A stretch of 64,000 nucleotides of DNA from Rhodobacterales bacterium (lineage in GTDB: Bacteria; Pseudomonadota; Alphaproteobacteria; Rhodobacterales; Rhodobacteraceae). Shown piece by piece: positions 44,187 to 53,707 of the stretch. How positions within the stretch are numbered: position 1 is the first letter of the stretch; every line of letters begins with the position of its first letter. The DNA lies in the NCBI GenBank assembly GCA_038323615.1, contig JBBQHC010000002.1, positions 5,015 through 69,014 on the forward strand, in the 5' to 3' direction. The notes beneath the pieces were generated by a model. It had not been told where the DNA came from and did not search any database. It saw only the letters and a list, made by a program, of their open reading frames with translations. Both the position numbers and the translations under genes were made by a program.

Positions 44187-45062
44187 TTAGAACCACTGCC
44201 CGGGCTCCATCAACCCCAGATCAAGCAGTTGCTGCGAATGCCAGGTGAACGGGGCGGAATTGTGCCATTTGAAGGTGTGGATATCGAAGGTCGAACCGGG
44301 GTTGCGCTTTAGCGCCTTGGCGGTGCGGAACGAACAGATCGCTGCCGTCAGATTGTGGTGCCAGGGGCAGGCGTAGGTGTTGTATTCGGGGTCGTTGAAC
44401 GTGTGGTCGGCCCGGATTTTCAGCCCCGGCTTGGCCCGAAACATCGAGACCCGGTCGATCCGGCGTCGCGGTGCCGGGATATGTTCCTCGAACCGCCAAC
44501 GCAGGCCGCCAAAGAAATCCAGTTGACGTTCGCGCGGCTTGTTCTTTTCGTCGTTGCGGGCCAGCGCGTAATAGCCTGATTTGTCCAGATGCGCGTCGTC
44601 CAGCGACACTGCACCGGGGTGCTGCCCGAGATCGCCGGCGTAGAGGTCGATTACATAGGTCAGCACCGCGTCGCGGCGTTCTTCGACCATGAACTGCACC
44701 ATCTCGCCGACACTGCGGTGTTCGCTGAACGGATAAAACAGGTATTCGGCGTTGAAGCAGTAATAGAACCAGACCCCGGGTGCGGCCGCGATGACGCCAT
44801 TCACCACCTGCTCGAACGCGTGGTCACCCTGCATATCGCAGTCAACGCGTGTCACCAACGGCGTGACCCGGTCAGGAAACACGATTTCGGGCGAGGCAAA
44901 GGCGATCAGTTTGGCGAACCCGATGTCGGCATGGTGGCGGATCGTGGTTTCGATCTCGGTTGCGTCTTCGACCAGAATCAGGGCGACCGGGCCCTTGGCC
45001 AGATCGCCGCGCCCGTCCGCAAGAAAGGATTTGAGTGAGCCGTAGCGTGCCATCGGGTCCAT
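44187..45062 (-). CDS. hypothetical protein (291 aa)
   Basis: Long ORF with host-like codon bias and no motif I recognise. Confidence 0.7.
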   Translation of the reverse strand: MDPMARYGSLKSFLADGRGDLAKGPVALILVEDATEIETTIRHHADIGFAKLIAFASPEIVFPDRVTPLVTRVDCDMQGDHAFEQVVNGVIAAAPGVWFYYCFNAEYLFYPFSEHRSVGEMVQFMVEERRDAVLTYVIDLYAGDLGQHPGAVSLDDAHLDKSGYYALARNDEKNKPRERQLDFFGGLRWRFEEHIPAPRRRIDRVSMFRAKPGLKIRADHTFNDPEYNTYACPWHHNLTAAICSFRTAKALKRNPGSTFDIHTFKWHNSAPFTWHSQQLLDLGLMEPGQWF

Positions 45063-45127
45063 CGTTCAGCCAATAGGCGCAGAATCGGTTAATTCGGCGT
45101 GCATTGCAAGCCGCCGCCCCGGTTGCT

Positions 45128-45228
45128 AAAGCGGTTCAGGTTTTGATGGAACCACCCGGATCGGAAATCGGGTTCGCGCAAAGCGAGAGGCAGCGAATTT
45201 CGATTCCGTTGAAACCTGCACCGCACTG
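45128..45228. repeat. ~100-nt palindromic element, copy B (core AAGCGAGAGGCAGCGAAT)
   Basis: Outer inverted repeat GCGGTTCAGGTTT.../...AAACCTGCACCGC and the same 18-nt core as 28600-28617. Lies just upstream of miaB. Confidence 0.65.
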
Positions 45229-45257
45229 ACCAAACACCGACCCGACGCCAAAGGACC

Positions 45258-46571
45258 ATGCCGCCCCTGCCCGCCCCCAAAAAGCTGTTCATCAAGACTT
45301 ACGGTTGCCAGATGAACGTCTATGACAGCGAACGCATGGCCGAGGCGCTGAGCGGGCAAGGTTATACCCTGACCGACAGTCAGGACAGCGCCGACATGAT
45401 CCTGCTGAACACTTGCCACATCCGCGAAAAGGCATCGGAAAAGGTGTTTTCCGAACTCGGCCGCCTGAAACCGTTGAAAGACGCCCGCCCCGATCTGAAA
45501 ATCGGCGTCGCCGGCTGCGTTGCGCAGGCCGAAGGGGCCGAGATCATGCGCCGCGCCCCGGTCGTCGATCTGGTCGTCGGTCCGCAAAGCTATCACCGCC
45601 TGCCAGAAATGGCCGCCGCTGTGGCCCAAGGCGGGCGCGCCCTCGACACCGATTTCCCGGTCGAGGATAAATTCGCCGTTCTGAAATCCCGCCCCAAGGC
45701 CGCGCGTGGCCCCAGTGCGTTTCTGACCGTGCAGGAAGGCTGCGACAAGTTCTGTGCCTTTTGCGTTGTCCCCTATACCCGCGGGTCCGAGGTCAGCCGC
45801 GCCGCAACCCGTGTGCTGGCCGAGGCCCGCGATCTGGTCGCCGCAGGGGTTCGTGACATCACCTTGCTGGGCCAGAACGTCAACGCCTACCACGGTCATG
45901 CCGGTGGCCTTGCCGGGTTAATCCGCGATCTGGCGGCCATCCCCGATTTGGCGCGGATCCGCTACACCACCAGCCACCCCAATGACATGGACGCCGCCCT
46001 GATCGCGACGCATGGCGACTGCGAAAAACTGATGCCTTATCTGCACTTGCCGGTGCAGTCGGGCAGCGACCGGATCTTGCGGGCGATGAACCGCAAGCAC
46101 ACGGCGGCGCAGTATATCGACCTGATCGGGCGGGTCCGCGATGCCCGCCCCGACATCCTGCTGTCGGGCGATTTCATCGTCGGGTTTCCGGGCGAGACCG
46201 ACGCCGATTTCGACGCGACCCTCGATCTGATCCGCACGGTGGGCTACGGCATGGCCTATACGTTCAAATATTCCGGCCGCCCCGGCACTCCGGCGGCGGA
46301 AAAACCGCAACTGCCCGATTCGGTGGCGGACGCCCGGTTGCAGGCGGTGCAGGCGCTGGTCACGACCCAGCAAAAGGCCGCGCAAGATGCGATGGTCGGC
46401 AACGTGGTACAGGTGTTGTTCGAAAAACCGGGCCGTCAGCCAGGACAGATGGGCGGCAAGTCCGAACACCTGCACGCAGTCCATGTCACCGACCATCCGG
46501 CGATCGGCAGCATTGCGCCCGTCAGGATAATCGCCAGCGGGACGAACTCGCTGGCGGGCGTTATGGTGTGA
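45258..46571 (+). CDS. miaB: tRNA-i6A37 methylthiotransferase
   Basis: The UPF0004 domain ([10 protein letters not shown]), the radical-SAM [15 protein letters not shown] motif and a TRAM domain. Confidence 0.95.
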   Translation: MPPLPAPKKLFIKTYGCQMNVYDSERMAEALSGQGYTLTDSQDSADMILLNTCHIREKASEKVFSELGRLKPLKDARPDLKIGVAGCVAQAEGAEIMRRAPVVDLVVGPQSYHRLPEMAAAVAQGGRALDTDFPVEDKFAVLKSRPKAARGPSAFLTVQEGCDKFCAFCVVPYTRGSEVSRAATRVLAEARDLVAAGVRDITLLGQNVNAYHGHAGGLAGLIRDLAAIPDLARIRYTTSHPNDMDAALIATHGDCEKLMPYLHLPVQSGSDRILRAMNRKHTAAQYIDLIGRVRDARPDILLSGDFIVGFPGETDADFDATLDLIRTVGYGMAYTFKYSGRPGTPAAEKPQLPDSVADARLQAVQALVTTQQKAAQDAMVGNVVQVLFEKPGRQPGQMGGKSEHLHAVHVTDHPAIGSIAPVRIIASGTNSLAGVMV

Positions 46572-46592
46572 GGCGGCTGCCCCGACCTGGGC

Positions 46593-46919
46593 CTAGCTGC
46601 GCGGTGATGTTAGAACGATGCGGCGCACTTCGGAGATCATGTTCTCAAGATTGCCCACAAGACTTTGATCGCGGCACACGCGCTGACCAAGTGCATTGGC
46701 GGTGGCGGGCGAATATCCGGCAGCGACCAAGCTGTCATAGAAGACGGCGTTCGGTCGATCCCAGATCACCTCGCGCCAGGGCCCGCGAAAGCAACTGACG
46801 ACGATGGTCACCCCTTGAACCGTGTAACTGCCAGAGCCCGTCGCAAGCGCCCTGTTTTCAGCCGAAGCCACATTTGCAAACGCGGCGAACATCGCCGCGA
46901 TCAAGACCATTTTCTTCAT
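46593..46919 (-). CDS. small exported protein (108 aa)
   Basis: AGGAG Shine-Dalgarno, signal peptide MKKMVLIAAMFAAFANVASA, two Cys, and lower GC than the flanking genes. Confidence 0.65.
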   Translation of the reverse strand: MKKMVLIAAMFAAFANVASAENRALATGSGSYTVQGVTIVVSCFRGPWREVIWDRPNAVFYDSLVAAGYSPATANALGQRVCRDQSLVGNLENMISEVRRIVLTSPRS

Positions 46920-47302
46920 TCCCGTTACTCCTCGTTACGTTTATGCCCGGACCTCGGGACATTTCACAGCGGCGGTTACCCGGCCGATCGACGTTCGACA
47001 ATTGCATGACGCCCCCACGGATCGGACATTCTGCCCGCAAATGGTGGCGGGCCTGACGCACCACCATTTCGCCATCATTTCGCCATCTTTTTGTCTAAAA
47101 CTATCCGCACCGACAGGCCGAAGGCAATGATTAACGATGCTCTGCGCCTCATTGTTTCAAAACCGGAAACGAATGTCGTCATGATGCTGGATTGGTGCAA
47201 ACCGAACAGGAATGCTCCGCCGAACACCGCCGCCCGATCGTTCAAATCAGGGTCGCCGACCCCGGATACCCCCTGACCCTTGGCAATCCTGACCGAAATT
47301 TC

Positions 47303-47336
47303 AAAGGCCGCGGCGCGATCCGCGGCCTTTTTTGTC
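47303..47336 (+). terminator. orphan intrinsic terminator
   Basis: Perfect 11-bp stem AAAGGCCGCGG/CCGCGGCCTTT with a 6-nt loop. The T tract continues as TTTTTTG. No annotated plus-strand gene ends here. Confidence 0.55.
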
Positions 47337-47420
47337 ATTCCGCCCTCACAATCGGGTGCGATCCCTTGCACCCGGCCGTCACAAGCGCCACCATTGATCT
47401 GACAACCAAAGGAGCCGTGT

Positions 47421-48425
47421 TTGCCCGCCAGCATCCTGACCCCGCCCGCCGACGCCATCGAGCAGGCCATCGAATTTCCCAACAACTTTTTGCTGATCGA
47501 CCTTTGCGGTGAACACGACCGCAATCTGGCCGCGATCGAACAAAAGCTGACGGTGCAGATCATGCGCCGGGGCAACCATCTGTCGGTGATGGGTGACCCG
47601 GTTACGGTGGCCCTGGCCATCGACGTGCTACAGTCGCTTTATGCCCGGCTTGAATCCGGGCGCGGCATCGAACCCGCCGATATCGAACGCGAACTGCGCA
47701 TGGGCGGCCCGTCGCCGCAGCAAACCGGCGATCAGATCGAGATGTTTCGCGGCGAGGGCCCGGATGGCCGCGTCGAAATCAAGACCCGCAAGAAACTTGT
47801 CGAACCGCGCACTGCCGCGCAAAAGGCCTATGTCAAATCGCTGTTCGACAATGAACTGGCGTTCGGTATCGGCCCCGCTGGCACCGGCAAGACCTATCTG
47901 GCCGTCGCCGTCGGCGTGAACATGCTGATCGGCGGCCATGTCGACAAGATCATCCTGTCGCGCCCCGCCGTCGAGGCGGGCGAGCGTCTGGGATTCCTGC
48001 CCGGCGACATGAAGGACAAGGTCGATCCCTATATGCAGCCGCTGTATGATGCGCTGAACGACTTTTTGCCCGGCAAGATGGTCGCCAAGATGATCGAGGA
48101 AAAGGTCATCGAGATTGCGCCGCTCGCCTTTATGCGCGGTCGCACGCTGGCCAACGCCTATTGCGTGCTGGACGAGGCGCAGAACGCCACGACGATGCAG
48201 ATGAAGATGTTCCTGACCCGGCTTGGCGAAGGCTCGCGTATGGTCATCACCGGCGACCGCACCCAGATCGACCTGCCGCGCGGCGTCGCATCCGGTCTGC
48301 ACGATGCCGAACGTCTGCTGAAAGACATTCGCAAGATCAGTTTCAACTACTTCACCTCCAAAGACGTCGTGCGGCATCCGCTTGTCGCTGCGATTATCGA
48401 GGCTTACGAGGCCGATGCGGGCTAG
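47421..48425 (+). CDS. phoH: PhoH-like ATPase
   Basis: Walker A GPAGTGKTYLAV and the PhoH signature. TTG start 6 nt after AAAGGAG. Confidence 0.9.
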   Translation: MPASILTPPADAIEQAIEFPNNFLLIDLCGEHDRNLAAIEQKLTVQIMRRGNHLSVMGDPVTVALAIDVLQSLYARLESGRGIEPADIERELRMGGPSPQQTGDQIEMFRGEGPDGRVEIKTRKKLVEPRTAAQKAYVKSLFDNELAFGIGPAGTGKTYLAVAVGVNMLIGGHVDKIILSRPAVEAGERLGFLPGDMKDKVDPYMQPLYDALNDFLPGKMVAKMIEEKVIEIAPLAFMRGRTLANAYCVLDEAQNATTMQMKMFLTRLGEGSRMVITGDRTQIDLPRGVASGLHDAERLLKDIRKISFNYFTSKDVVRHPLVAAIIEAYEADAG

Positions 48426-48472
48426 TCTGATTGTCGCGCAAAGACCGGCCCGACGTTTGTCTGGACTTTGCG

Positions 48473-48967
48473 ATGCCCGCTGAGGTGGTGATCGAAGACG
48501 ACCGCTGGCTGGCGGTCGGCCTGCAATCCCTGGCCGATACCGCCGTCGCGGCCACCCTTGCCCATTTGTCCTTGCCTGTCGCCCACGAGGTCGCCGTTCT
48601 GGCCTGCGACGACGCCCGGATTGCGGCGCTCAACGCCGATTTCCGCGCCAAGCCGACCCCGACAAATGTGTTGAGCTGGCCCGCCGAGGAGTACAATACC
48701 GCCCCCGGCAAAACCCCCGCGCCGCCGACCGAAACCGAACTGGGTGATATCGCCATCGCCTATGACACCTGTGCGCGCGAAGCCGCCGCCGCCAACACAC
48801 CCCTCAGCGCCCACGCCACCCACTTGCTGATCCACGCCACCCTGCATTTGTTGGGCTATGACCACGAAACCGACCCTGACGCCACCGTGATGGAAGGGCT
48901 CGAGACAGAAATCCTTGGCAACTTGGGTCTTGCTGATCCATATGGGGCCGACCCATATAGGGATTGA
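48473..48967 (+). CDS. ybeY: rRNA maturation RNase YbeY
   Basis: HLLIHATLHLLGYDHE zinc motif. ATG 48473 is preferred over the TTG at 48431. Confidence 0.9.
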   Translation: MPAEVVIEDDRWLAVGLQSLADTAVAATLAHLSLPVAHEVAVLACDDARIAALNADFRAKPTPTNVLSWPAEEYNTAPGKTPAPPTETELGDIAIAYDTCAREAAAANTPLSAHATHLLIHATLHLLGYDHETDPDATVMEGLETEILGNLGLADPYGADPYRD

Positions 48968-49006
48968 ATATGCGCGGGGCCGATCCCCGCAAGAAAGCAG
49001 GAGACG

Positions 49007-49906
49007 ATGGGCGACACCACCGAGGGTCCTTTGAGTGCGGCGCAAAGCGCGCAACCGGACCTGATTGACGATACCGAACCCGAAGCCCAGGCGCGCGGGT
49101 TCTTCAGCCGGATATTCGAGGCGCTGACGCCAACGGATGCGGCCGCTGACGGGGATGCACCGCGCCAGCCTTCGGCGATGATCCCCAGCCCCGGCATTGG
49201 TAACCTGCGCCGACTGCGGGTCGATGACGTGGCGATCCCCAAGGCCGACATCACTGCGGTGCCCGCCAACATCGGCAAGGACGATCTGGTTCAGGTGTTT
49301 CGCACCTCCGGGATGACCCGGCTGCCGGTCTACGAGGGCACGCTCGATACCCCCATCGGCATCGCCAACCTCAAGGATTTCGCGCTCAAACACGGGTTCA
49401 ACGGCGATGGCGCGGCGTTCAACCTGCGCGACATGGTGCGCCCGCTGCTGTTCGTTCCGCCCTCGATGCCGCTGGGCGTCCTGCTGCAAAAGATGCAGGC
49501 CGAGCGCATCCACATGGCCCTGGTTATCGACGAATACGGCGGCACCGACGGGCTGGTGACGATCGAGGATCTGATCGAACAGGTTGTCGGCGAGATTGCC
49601 GACGAACATGACATCGAGGAAGCCAGCACATTCGTTCAGGAACGCCCCGGTGTCTATCTGGCGCAGGCCAAGACCGCGCTTGAGGAATTCGAGGCCGAGA
49701 TCGGCATGGACCTGACCGCGCACGACGAGATCGACGCGGAAGAGGTGGACACGCTGGGCGGCCTTGTCACCATGCTGGCCGGTCATGTGCCGGCAAGGGG
49801 CGAGGTCGTGGCGCACCCCGATGGTCCCGAATTCGAAGTGATCGATGCCGATCCCCGCCGGATCAAGCGTCTGCGGGTGCGGATGCCCGATGCGCAGAAC
49901 GTCTGA
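49007..49906 (+). CDS. corC: CBS-pair plus CorC/HlyC domain protein
   Basis: Tandem CBS domains and a C-terminal transporter-associated domain. Its position in the ybeZYX-lnt cluster supports the call. Confidence 0.85.
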   Translation: MGDTTEGPLSAAQSAQPDLIDDTEPEAQARGFFSRIFEALTPTDAAADGDAPRQPSAMIPSPGIGNLRRLRVDDVAIPKADITAVPANIGKDDLVQVFRTSGMTRLPVYEGTLDTPIGIANLKDFALKHGFNGDGAAFNLRDMVRPLLFVPPSMPLGVLLQKMQAERIHMALVIDEYGGTDGLVTIEDLIEQVVGEIADEHDIEEASTFVQERPGVYLAQAKTALEEFEAEIGMDLTAHDEIDAEEVDTLGGLVTMLAGHVPARGEVVAHPDGPEFEVIDADPRRIKRLRVRMPDAQNV

Positions 49907-49914
49907 CATGCGAC

Positions 49915-51459
49915 ATGGCTGAAACCGGGTTCGGCCCCGGACAGGTGTCCGGGTGGCTGATGCAGGCGCATTGGGCGATCCGCGGCGTCGTCTTTGCCCT
50001 GCTCGGTATGGGCATGGCGACAGCACTTGCGCCGTTTGACCAGCCGGTCGCACTGATCGTCGGACTTGGCATTGCCTTTGTCCTGTTCTTGCGTGTCGGC
50101 ACGTCCCGACGGGCGACCTGGATGGGCTGGGCACTGGGCACCGGCTATTTCGGCCTTGGTCTGCGCTGGATCGTCAATCCGTTCTACGTCGATGCGGCCA
50201 AAGACGGCTGGATGGCGCCCTTTGCCCTGATCCTGCTGGCGGCCGGTCTGGCGCTGTTCTGGGGCGTGGCCTTCGGATTTGCCCGTTGGCTGGGCGGCGG
50301 GGCTGGGCGGCAGGGACTGGCGCTGGCGGTTGGCTGGTCGCTGGCCGAACTGGCACGGGCGCATCTGTTCACCGGGTTTCCCTGGGCCGGGTTCGCCCAA
50401 GGTCTGATCGATACGCCTGCCGCATGGCTTGCGTCGTATCTGGGCGCCGACGGGCTGGCGGTGGGATTGCTTTTGGTGTTCGCGCTGTTCGTCTGGCTCG
50501 CCGACCGGGTCACGGCGCTGATCTATCCTTTGGGCGTGGCCGGGCTGATCGGTGTGGCGCTGCTGCCCCAATCGGAAGCCGCCACCCCCGGCGATGGCCC
50601 GATGATCCGGCTGGTCCAGCCCAACGCGCCGCAAAACGAAAAGTGGGATCCCGACCGGGCCCCGGTTTTCCTTGACCGGATGCTGCGGGCGACGGGTGCC
50701 GGGGCGGTGCCCGCGCTGGTGGTCTGGCCCGAAACCGCGATCCCCTATCTGCTCGAATACGCCGATCCGGTGCTGGCCGAGGTTGCCGACGCGGCCCGCG
50801 GTGCGCCGGTCGTGCTTGGGATCAACCGGCGCGACGGCCCGCGGTTTTACAACACGCTGGCAGTGGTGGGGCGCGGCGGCCTGGTGCAGTCGCTTTATGA
50901 CAAGGTGCATCTGGTGCCGTTCGGCGAATATATCCCCTACGGCGACTGGCTGGTGCCCTTTGGGATCACCGCCTTTGCGGCCTCGCAGGGCGGCGGGTTC
51001 ACCGCCGGTGAAACCTCGGGGCTGATCAACCTGCCGGGGATCGGCAAGGCGCGGGCACTGATCTGTTACGAAGGGATTTTCGGCGCCGAGGTCAACGTCG
51101 TCACCGAACGGCCCCGGCTGTTGCTGCTGATCACCAACGATGCGTGGTTCGGCCCCGACGCGGGACCGTTGCAGCATCTGGCGCAGGCGCGGCTGCGGGC
51201 TATCGAACAGGGGCTGCCGATGGTGCGGGTCGCCAATACCGGCGTGTCGGCGATGATCGACGGGCAGGGGGCGGTGGTGGCGTCATTGGGAATGGGGCAG
51301 ACCGGGGCGCTTGACGTGGCGCTGCCTGCGGCACTGCCGGTGACGATCTATTCCCGGATCGGGGATTGGCCGCTGCGGTTGCTGTTGGCCGTTGCCGCGT
51401 TGAACCTGATCGCGGGCCGGGTGCGGAAATCGGTTGACCCTGCCACATCGCGGCCTTAG
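49915..51459 (+). CDS. lnt: apolipoprotein N-acyltransferase
   Basis: Polytopic N-terminal domain plus a CN-hydrolase domain (VVWPE..., ICYE). Confidence 0.9.
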   Translation: MAETGFGPGQVSGWLMQAHWAIRGVVFALLGMGMATALAPFDQPVALIVGLGIAFVLFLRVGTSRRATWMGWALGTGYFGLGLRWIVNPFYVDAAKDGWMAPFALILLAAGLALFWGVAFGFARWLGGGAGRQGLALAVGWSLAELARAHLFTGFPWAGFAQGLIDTPAAWLASYLGADGLAVGLLLVFALFVWLADRVTALIYPLGVAGLIGVALLPQSEAATPGDGPMIRLVQPNAPQNEKWDPDRAPVFLDRMLRATGAGAVPALVVWPETAIPYLLEYADPVLAEVADAARGAPVVLGINRRDGPRFYNTLAVVGRGGLVQSLYDKVHLVPFGEYIPYGDWLVPFGITAFAASQGGGFTAGETSGLINLPGIGKARALICYEGIFGAEVNVVTERPRLLLLITNDAWFGPDAGPLQHLAQARLRAIEQGLPMVRVANTGVSAMIDGQGAVVASLGMGQTGALDVALPAALPVTIYSRIGDWPLRLLLAVAALNLIAGRVRKSVDPATSRP

Positions 51460-51477
51460 CGAGGGTCGATCAAACTC

Positions 51478-51524
51478 CCCGTCACAACGGCTTCCTGGCG
51501 TGACGGGCAAACATGAATGGAGCA
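51478..51524 (+). promoter_or_regulatory. SAM/SAH-binding riboswitch (metK leader pseudoknot)
   Basis: P1 stem CCCGTCAC/GTGACGGG (51478-51485 and 51500-51507). The loop AACGGCTTCCTGGC has GCTTC (51490-51494) complementary to GGAGC (51519-51523), the metK Shine-Dalgarno. The CACAACGGCUUCCUG loop matches my recollection of the Rhodobacterales SAM/SAH class. Confidence 0.7.
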
Positions 51525-51528
51525 TTTC

Positions 51529-52710
51529 ATGGCACGACAGAATTACATCTTCACCTCGGAATCCGTATCCGAGGGGCATCCAGATAAATTGTGCGACCGG
51601 ATTTCAGACGCTGTTCTTGACGCATTCCTGGCCGAGGAAAACGAGGCGCGGGTCGCCTGCGAAACTTTTGCGACGACCAACCGCGTGGTGATCGGCGGCG
51701 AAGTGGGGCTCAGCACCAAAGAAAAAACCAGCGCATTCATGGACCGGATCGACGGAATTGCCCGCGATTGTATCCGCGACATCGGCTACGAGCAGGACAA
51801 GTTTCACCACGAAACGGTGGAAATCACCAATCTGCTGCACGAACAGTCGGCCCATATCAAACAGGGCGTCGATGCCGCCGAAGGCAAGGCCGAAGGGGCC
51901 GGCGATCAGGGCATCATGTTCGGTTTTGCCACCACCGAAACGCCTGAACTGATGCCGGCACCGATCCACTACGCCCACGCGATCCTGCGTCGTCTGGCCG
52001 AAGTGCGCAAATCGGGGGAAGAACCAACCCTGCTGCCGGACGCCAAAAGCCAGCTGTCGGTGCGGTATGTCGATGGCAGGCCGGTTGGCGTCACCTCGAT
52101 CGTGCTGTCGCACCAGCACCGGCACGACACCCAGACCGGGGCCGACATCCGCGCCATCGTCGAACCCTACATACGCGAGGTTCTGCCCGAGGGCTGGATT
52201 GATGCCAGCACCGTCTGGCACGTCAACCCGACCGGCAAATTCGTCATCGGCGGCCCCGACGGCGACGCCGGGCTGACCGGGCGCAAGATCATCGTCGATA
52301 CCTACGGCGGAGCGGCTCCGCACGGCGGTGGTGCCTTTTCGGGCAAGGATCCGACCAAGGTCGATCGCTCTGCCGCCTATGCCGCCCGCTATCTGGCGAA
52401 AAACGTCGTCGCGGCGGGCATGGCCGGCAAATGCACGATCCAGTTGTCCTATGCGATCGGCATCGCTGAACCGCTGTCGATCTACGTCGACACGCATGGC
52501 ACCGGCGAGGTCGATCCGGCCGCGATTGAACGGGCGATCGGGCAGGTGATGGTGCTGACCCCCGCGGGCATCCGCAAGCATCTGGGGCTGAACAAACCGA
52601 TCTATGCGCGCACCTCGGCCTATGGCCATTTCGGGCGGGCACCGGATGCCGATGGCGGTTTCGGCTGGGAAAAGACCGATCTGGTGGCGGCGCTGAAAAA
52701 CGCATTGTAA
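51529..52710 (+). CDS. metK: S-adenosylmethionine synthetase
   Basis: [34 protein letters not shown] 51529 lies 5 nt after the GGAGC element. Confidence 0.95.
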   Translation: MARQNYIFTSESVSEGHPDKLCDRISDAVLDAFLAEENEARVACETFATTNRVVIGGEVGLSTKEKTSAFMDRIDGIARDCIRDIGYEQDKFHHETVEITNLLHEQSAHIKQGVDAAEGKAEGAGDQGIMFGFATTETPELMPAPIHYAHAILRRLAEVRKSGEEPTLLPDAKSQLSVRYVDGRPVGVTSIVLSHQHRHDTQTGADIRAIVEPYIREVLPEGWIDASTVWHVNPTGKFVIGGPDGDAGLTGRKIIVDTYGGAAPHGGGAFSGKDPTKVDRSAAYAARYLAKNVVAAGMAGKCTIQLSYAIGIAEPLSIYVDTHGTGEVDPAAIERAIGQVMVLTPAGIRKHLGLNKPIYARTSAYGHFGRAPDADGGFGWEKTDLVAALKNAL

Positions 52711-52726
52711 CGGTGGATGTGACGGG

Positions 52727-52854
52727 GGATGGGTTGAAACCCATCCTACATCCCGGTTTCTTTTGGCCCTAAATATTCCGGGGGGCCCGAAGGGCGGGGG
52801 CAGCGCCCCCTCCAGACCCCCCGGCGATAGGGGTAAGGTGGGTTTCAACCCACC
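52727..52854. repeat. mosaic intergenic element, copy 5 (two REP palindromes, GC hairpin, AT-rich block)
   Basis: GGATGGGTTGAAACCCATCCTAC (52727-52749), reversed AT-rich block TTTCTTTTGGCCCTAAATATTCCGGGG, GGGGGCAGCGCCCCC (52796-52810), GTAAGGTGGGTTTCAACCCACC (52833-52854). Confidence 0.8.
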
Positions 52855-52897
52855 CCCCCGTTGCCAGCCGTCCGGCGCATTGCTATGGCCTAACCCC

Positions 52898-53602
52898 ATG
52901 TCCGACAGCCATCACCCCAAAGGCGCCCCGTGGCGCAATTTCTATGGCCGGATCCGGGGCAAGACGATCCGGGCCAGCCAGCACGACTATCTGGACAACG
53001 ACCTTGACCCCCTCAGTCCCGGTGCGGTCAGTTGGGAAGCCAACCCGGACCGCACCCCGCTGGACCTGACCGCGCTGTTTGGTGGGCGGGACGTCTGGTT
53101 GGAAATCGGTTTTGGCGGCGGCGAACATCTGGTCGGTGTCGCGGCGGCCAACCCGCAGATCGGCATCATCGGGGCGGAACCCTTCGTCAACGGCGTCGCC
53201 ATGCTGCTGGGCAAGGTGCGCCGCGCCGGTGTTACCAATCTGCGGGTGCATCCGGGCGACGTGCGCGATCTGTTCGACGTGCTGCCGGCGGGGTCGATCC
53301 GCAAGGCATTTCTGAACTATCCCGATCCCTGGCCTAAAACGCGCCACCACCGCCGCCGCTTTGTCACCCAGGACCATCTGCTGCCGCTGGCCGCCGTCAT
53401 GGCCAAAGGTGCGCAGTTCCACGTTGCCACCGACATCCCGGACTACGTTCGCCAGACCCTGAAAGATGTGCCCCTGGCCGGATTTGCGCGCGACGACGCC
53501 GACATTCACTCCCCTTGGGACGGCTGGATTTCCACCCGCTACGAACAAAAGGCTTTGCGCGAGGGCCGCGTGCCGCATTACATGACGTTCCGCAAGCCGT
53601 GA
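52898..53602 (+). CDS. trmB: tRNA (guanine46-N7)-methyltransferase
   Basis: EIGFGGGEH SAM motif and FLNYPDPWPK. Start set at ATG 52898. The longer track ORF would translate the repeat element. Confidence 0.9.
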   Translation: MSDSHHPKGAPWRNFYGRIRGKTIRASQHDYLDNDLDPLSPGAVSWEANPDRTPLDLTALFGGRDVWLEIGFGGGEHLVGVAAANPQIGIIGAEPFVNGVAMLLGKVRRAGVTNLRVHPGDVRDLFDVLPAGSIRKAFLNYPDPWPKTRHHRRRFVTQDHLLPLAAVMAKGAQFHVATDIPDYVRQTLKDVPLAGFARDDADIHSPWDGWISTRYEQKALREGRVPHYMTFRKP

Positions 53603-53707
53603 GTGCGGACGCTCCACCGGGAGTATTTTCGGCAAAATGATACCCCGGCGATTTACCCTGTCGGGGAGCTGGTCTATCAGGCGGGCAACCCTTGTGCGAG
53701 GCCGCCG

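Noticed and set aside
43863-44312. Overlapping 105-aa (minus) and 129-aa (plus) ORFs
   Set aside because: They lie in an AT-rich, hairpin-dense region with poor codon bias. They exclude each other, and the plus-strand one overlaps the real 291-aa gene.
47075-47620. 181-aa minus-strand ORF upstream of and overlapping phoH
   Set aside because: Its 5' part is antisense to phoH. The shorter 87-aa version (from ATG 47338) would place a perfect terminator hairpin in codons 3-12. I kept it only as an alternative in the sRNA-locus finding.
48422-50134. 570-aa minus-strand ORF
   Set aside because: It is antisense to ybeY and corC, which have unmistakable motifs, and its composition is typical of shadow frames.
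51460-51528. SAM-II (metA-type) riboswitch upstream of metK
   Set aside because: I could not find the AAAGCU-type conserved segments I associate with SAM-II. The simple hairpin plus SD-pairing pseudoknot fits the SAM/SAH class instead.
4489-52810. Possibility that the recurring G5-N5-C5 / GGGTTGAAACCC hairpins are a CRISPR array
   Set aside because: The copies are kilobases apart, in both orientations, with no regular repeat-spacer spacing and no cas genes. They fit REP/BIME-type elements.
52763-52897. N-terminal extension of trmB
   Set aside because: The extra 45 codons are a translation of the REP/GC-hairpin mosaic element (GGGGG.../CCCCC runs), not of coding sequence.
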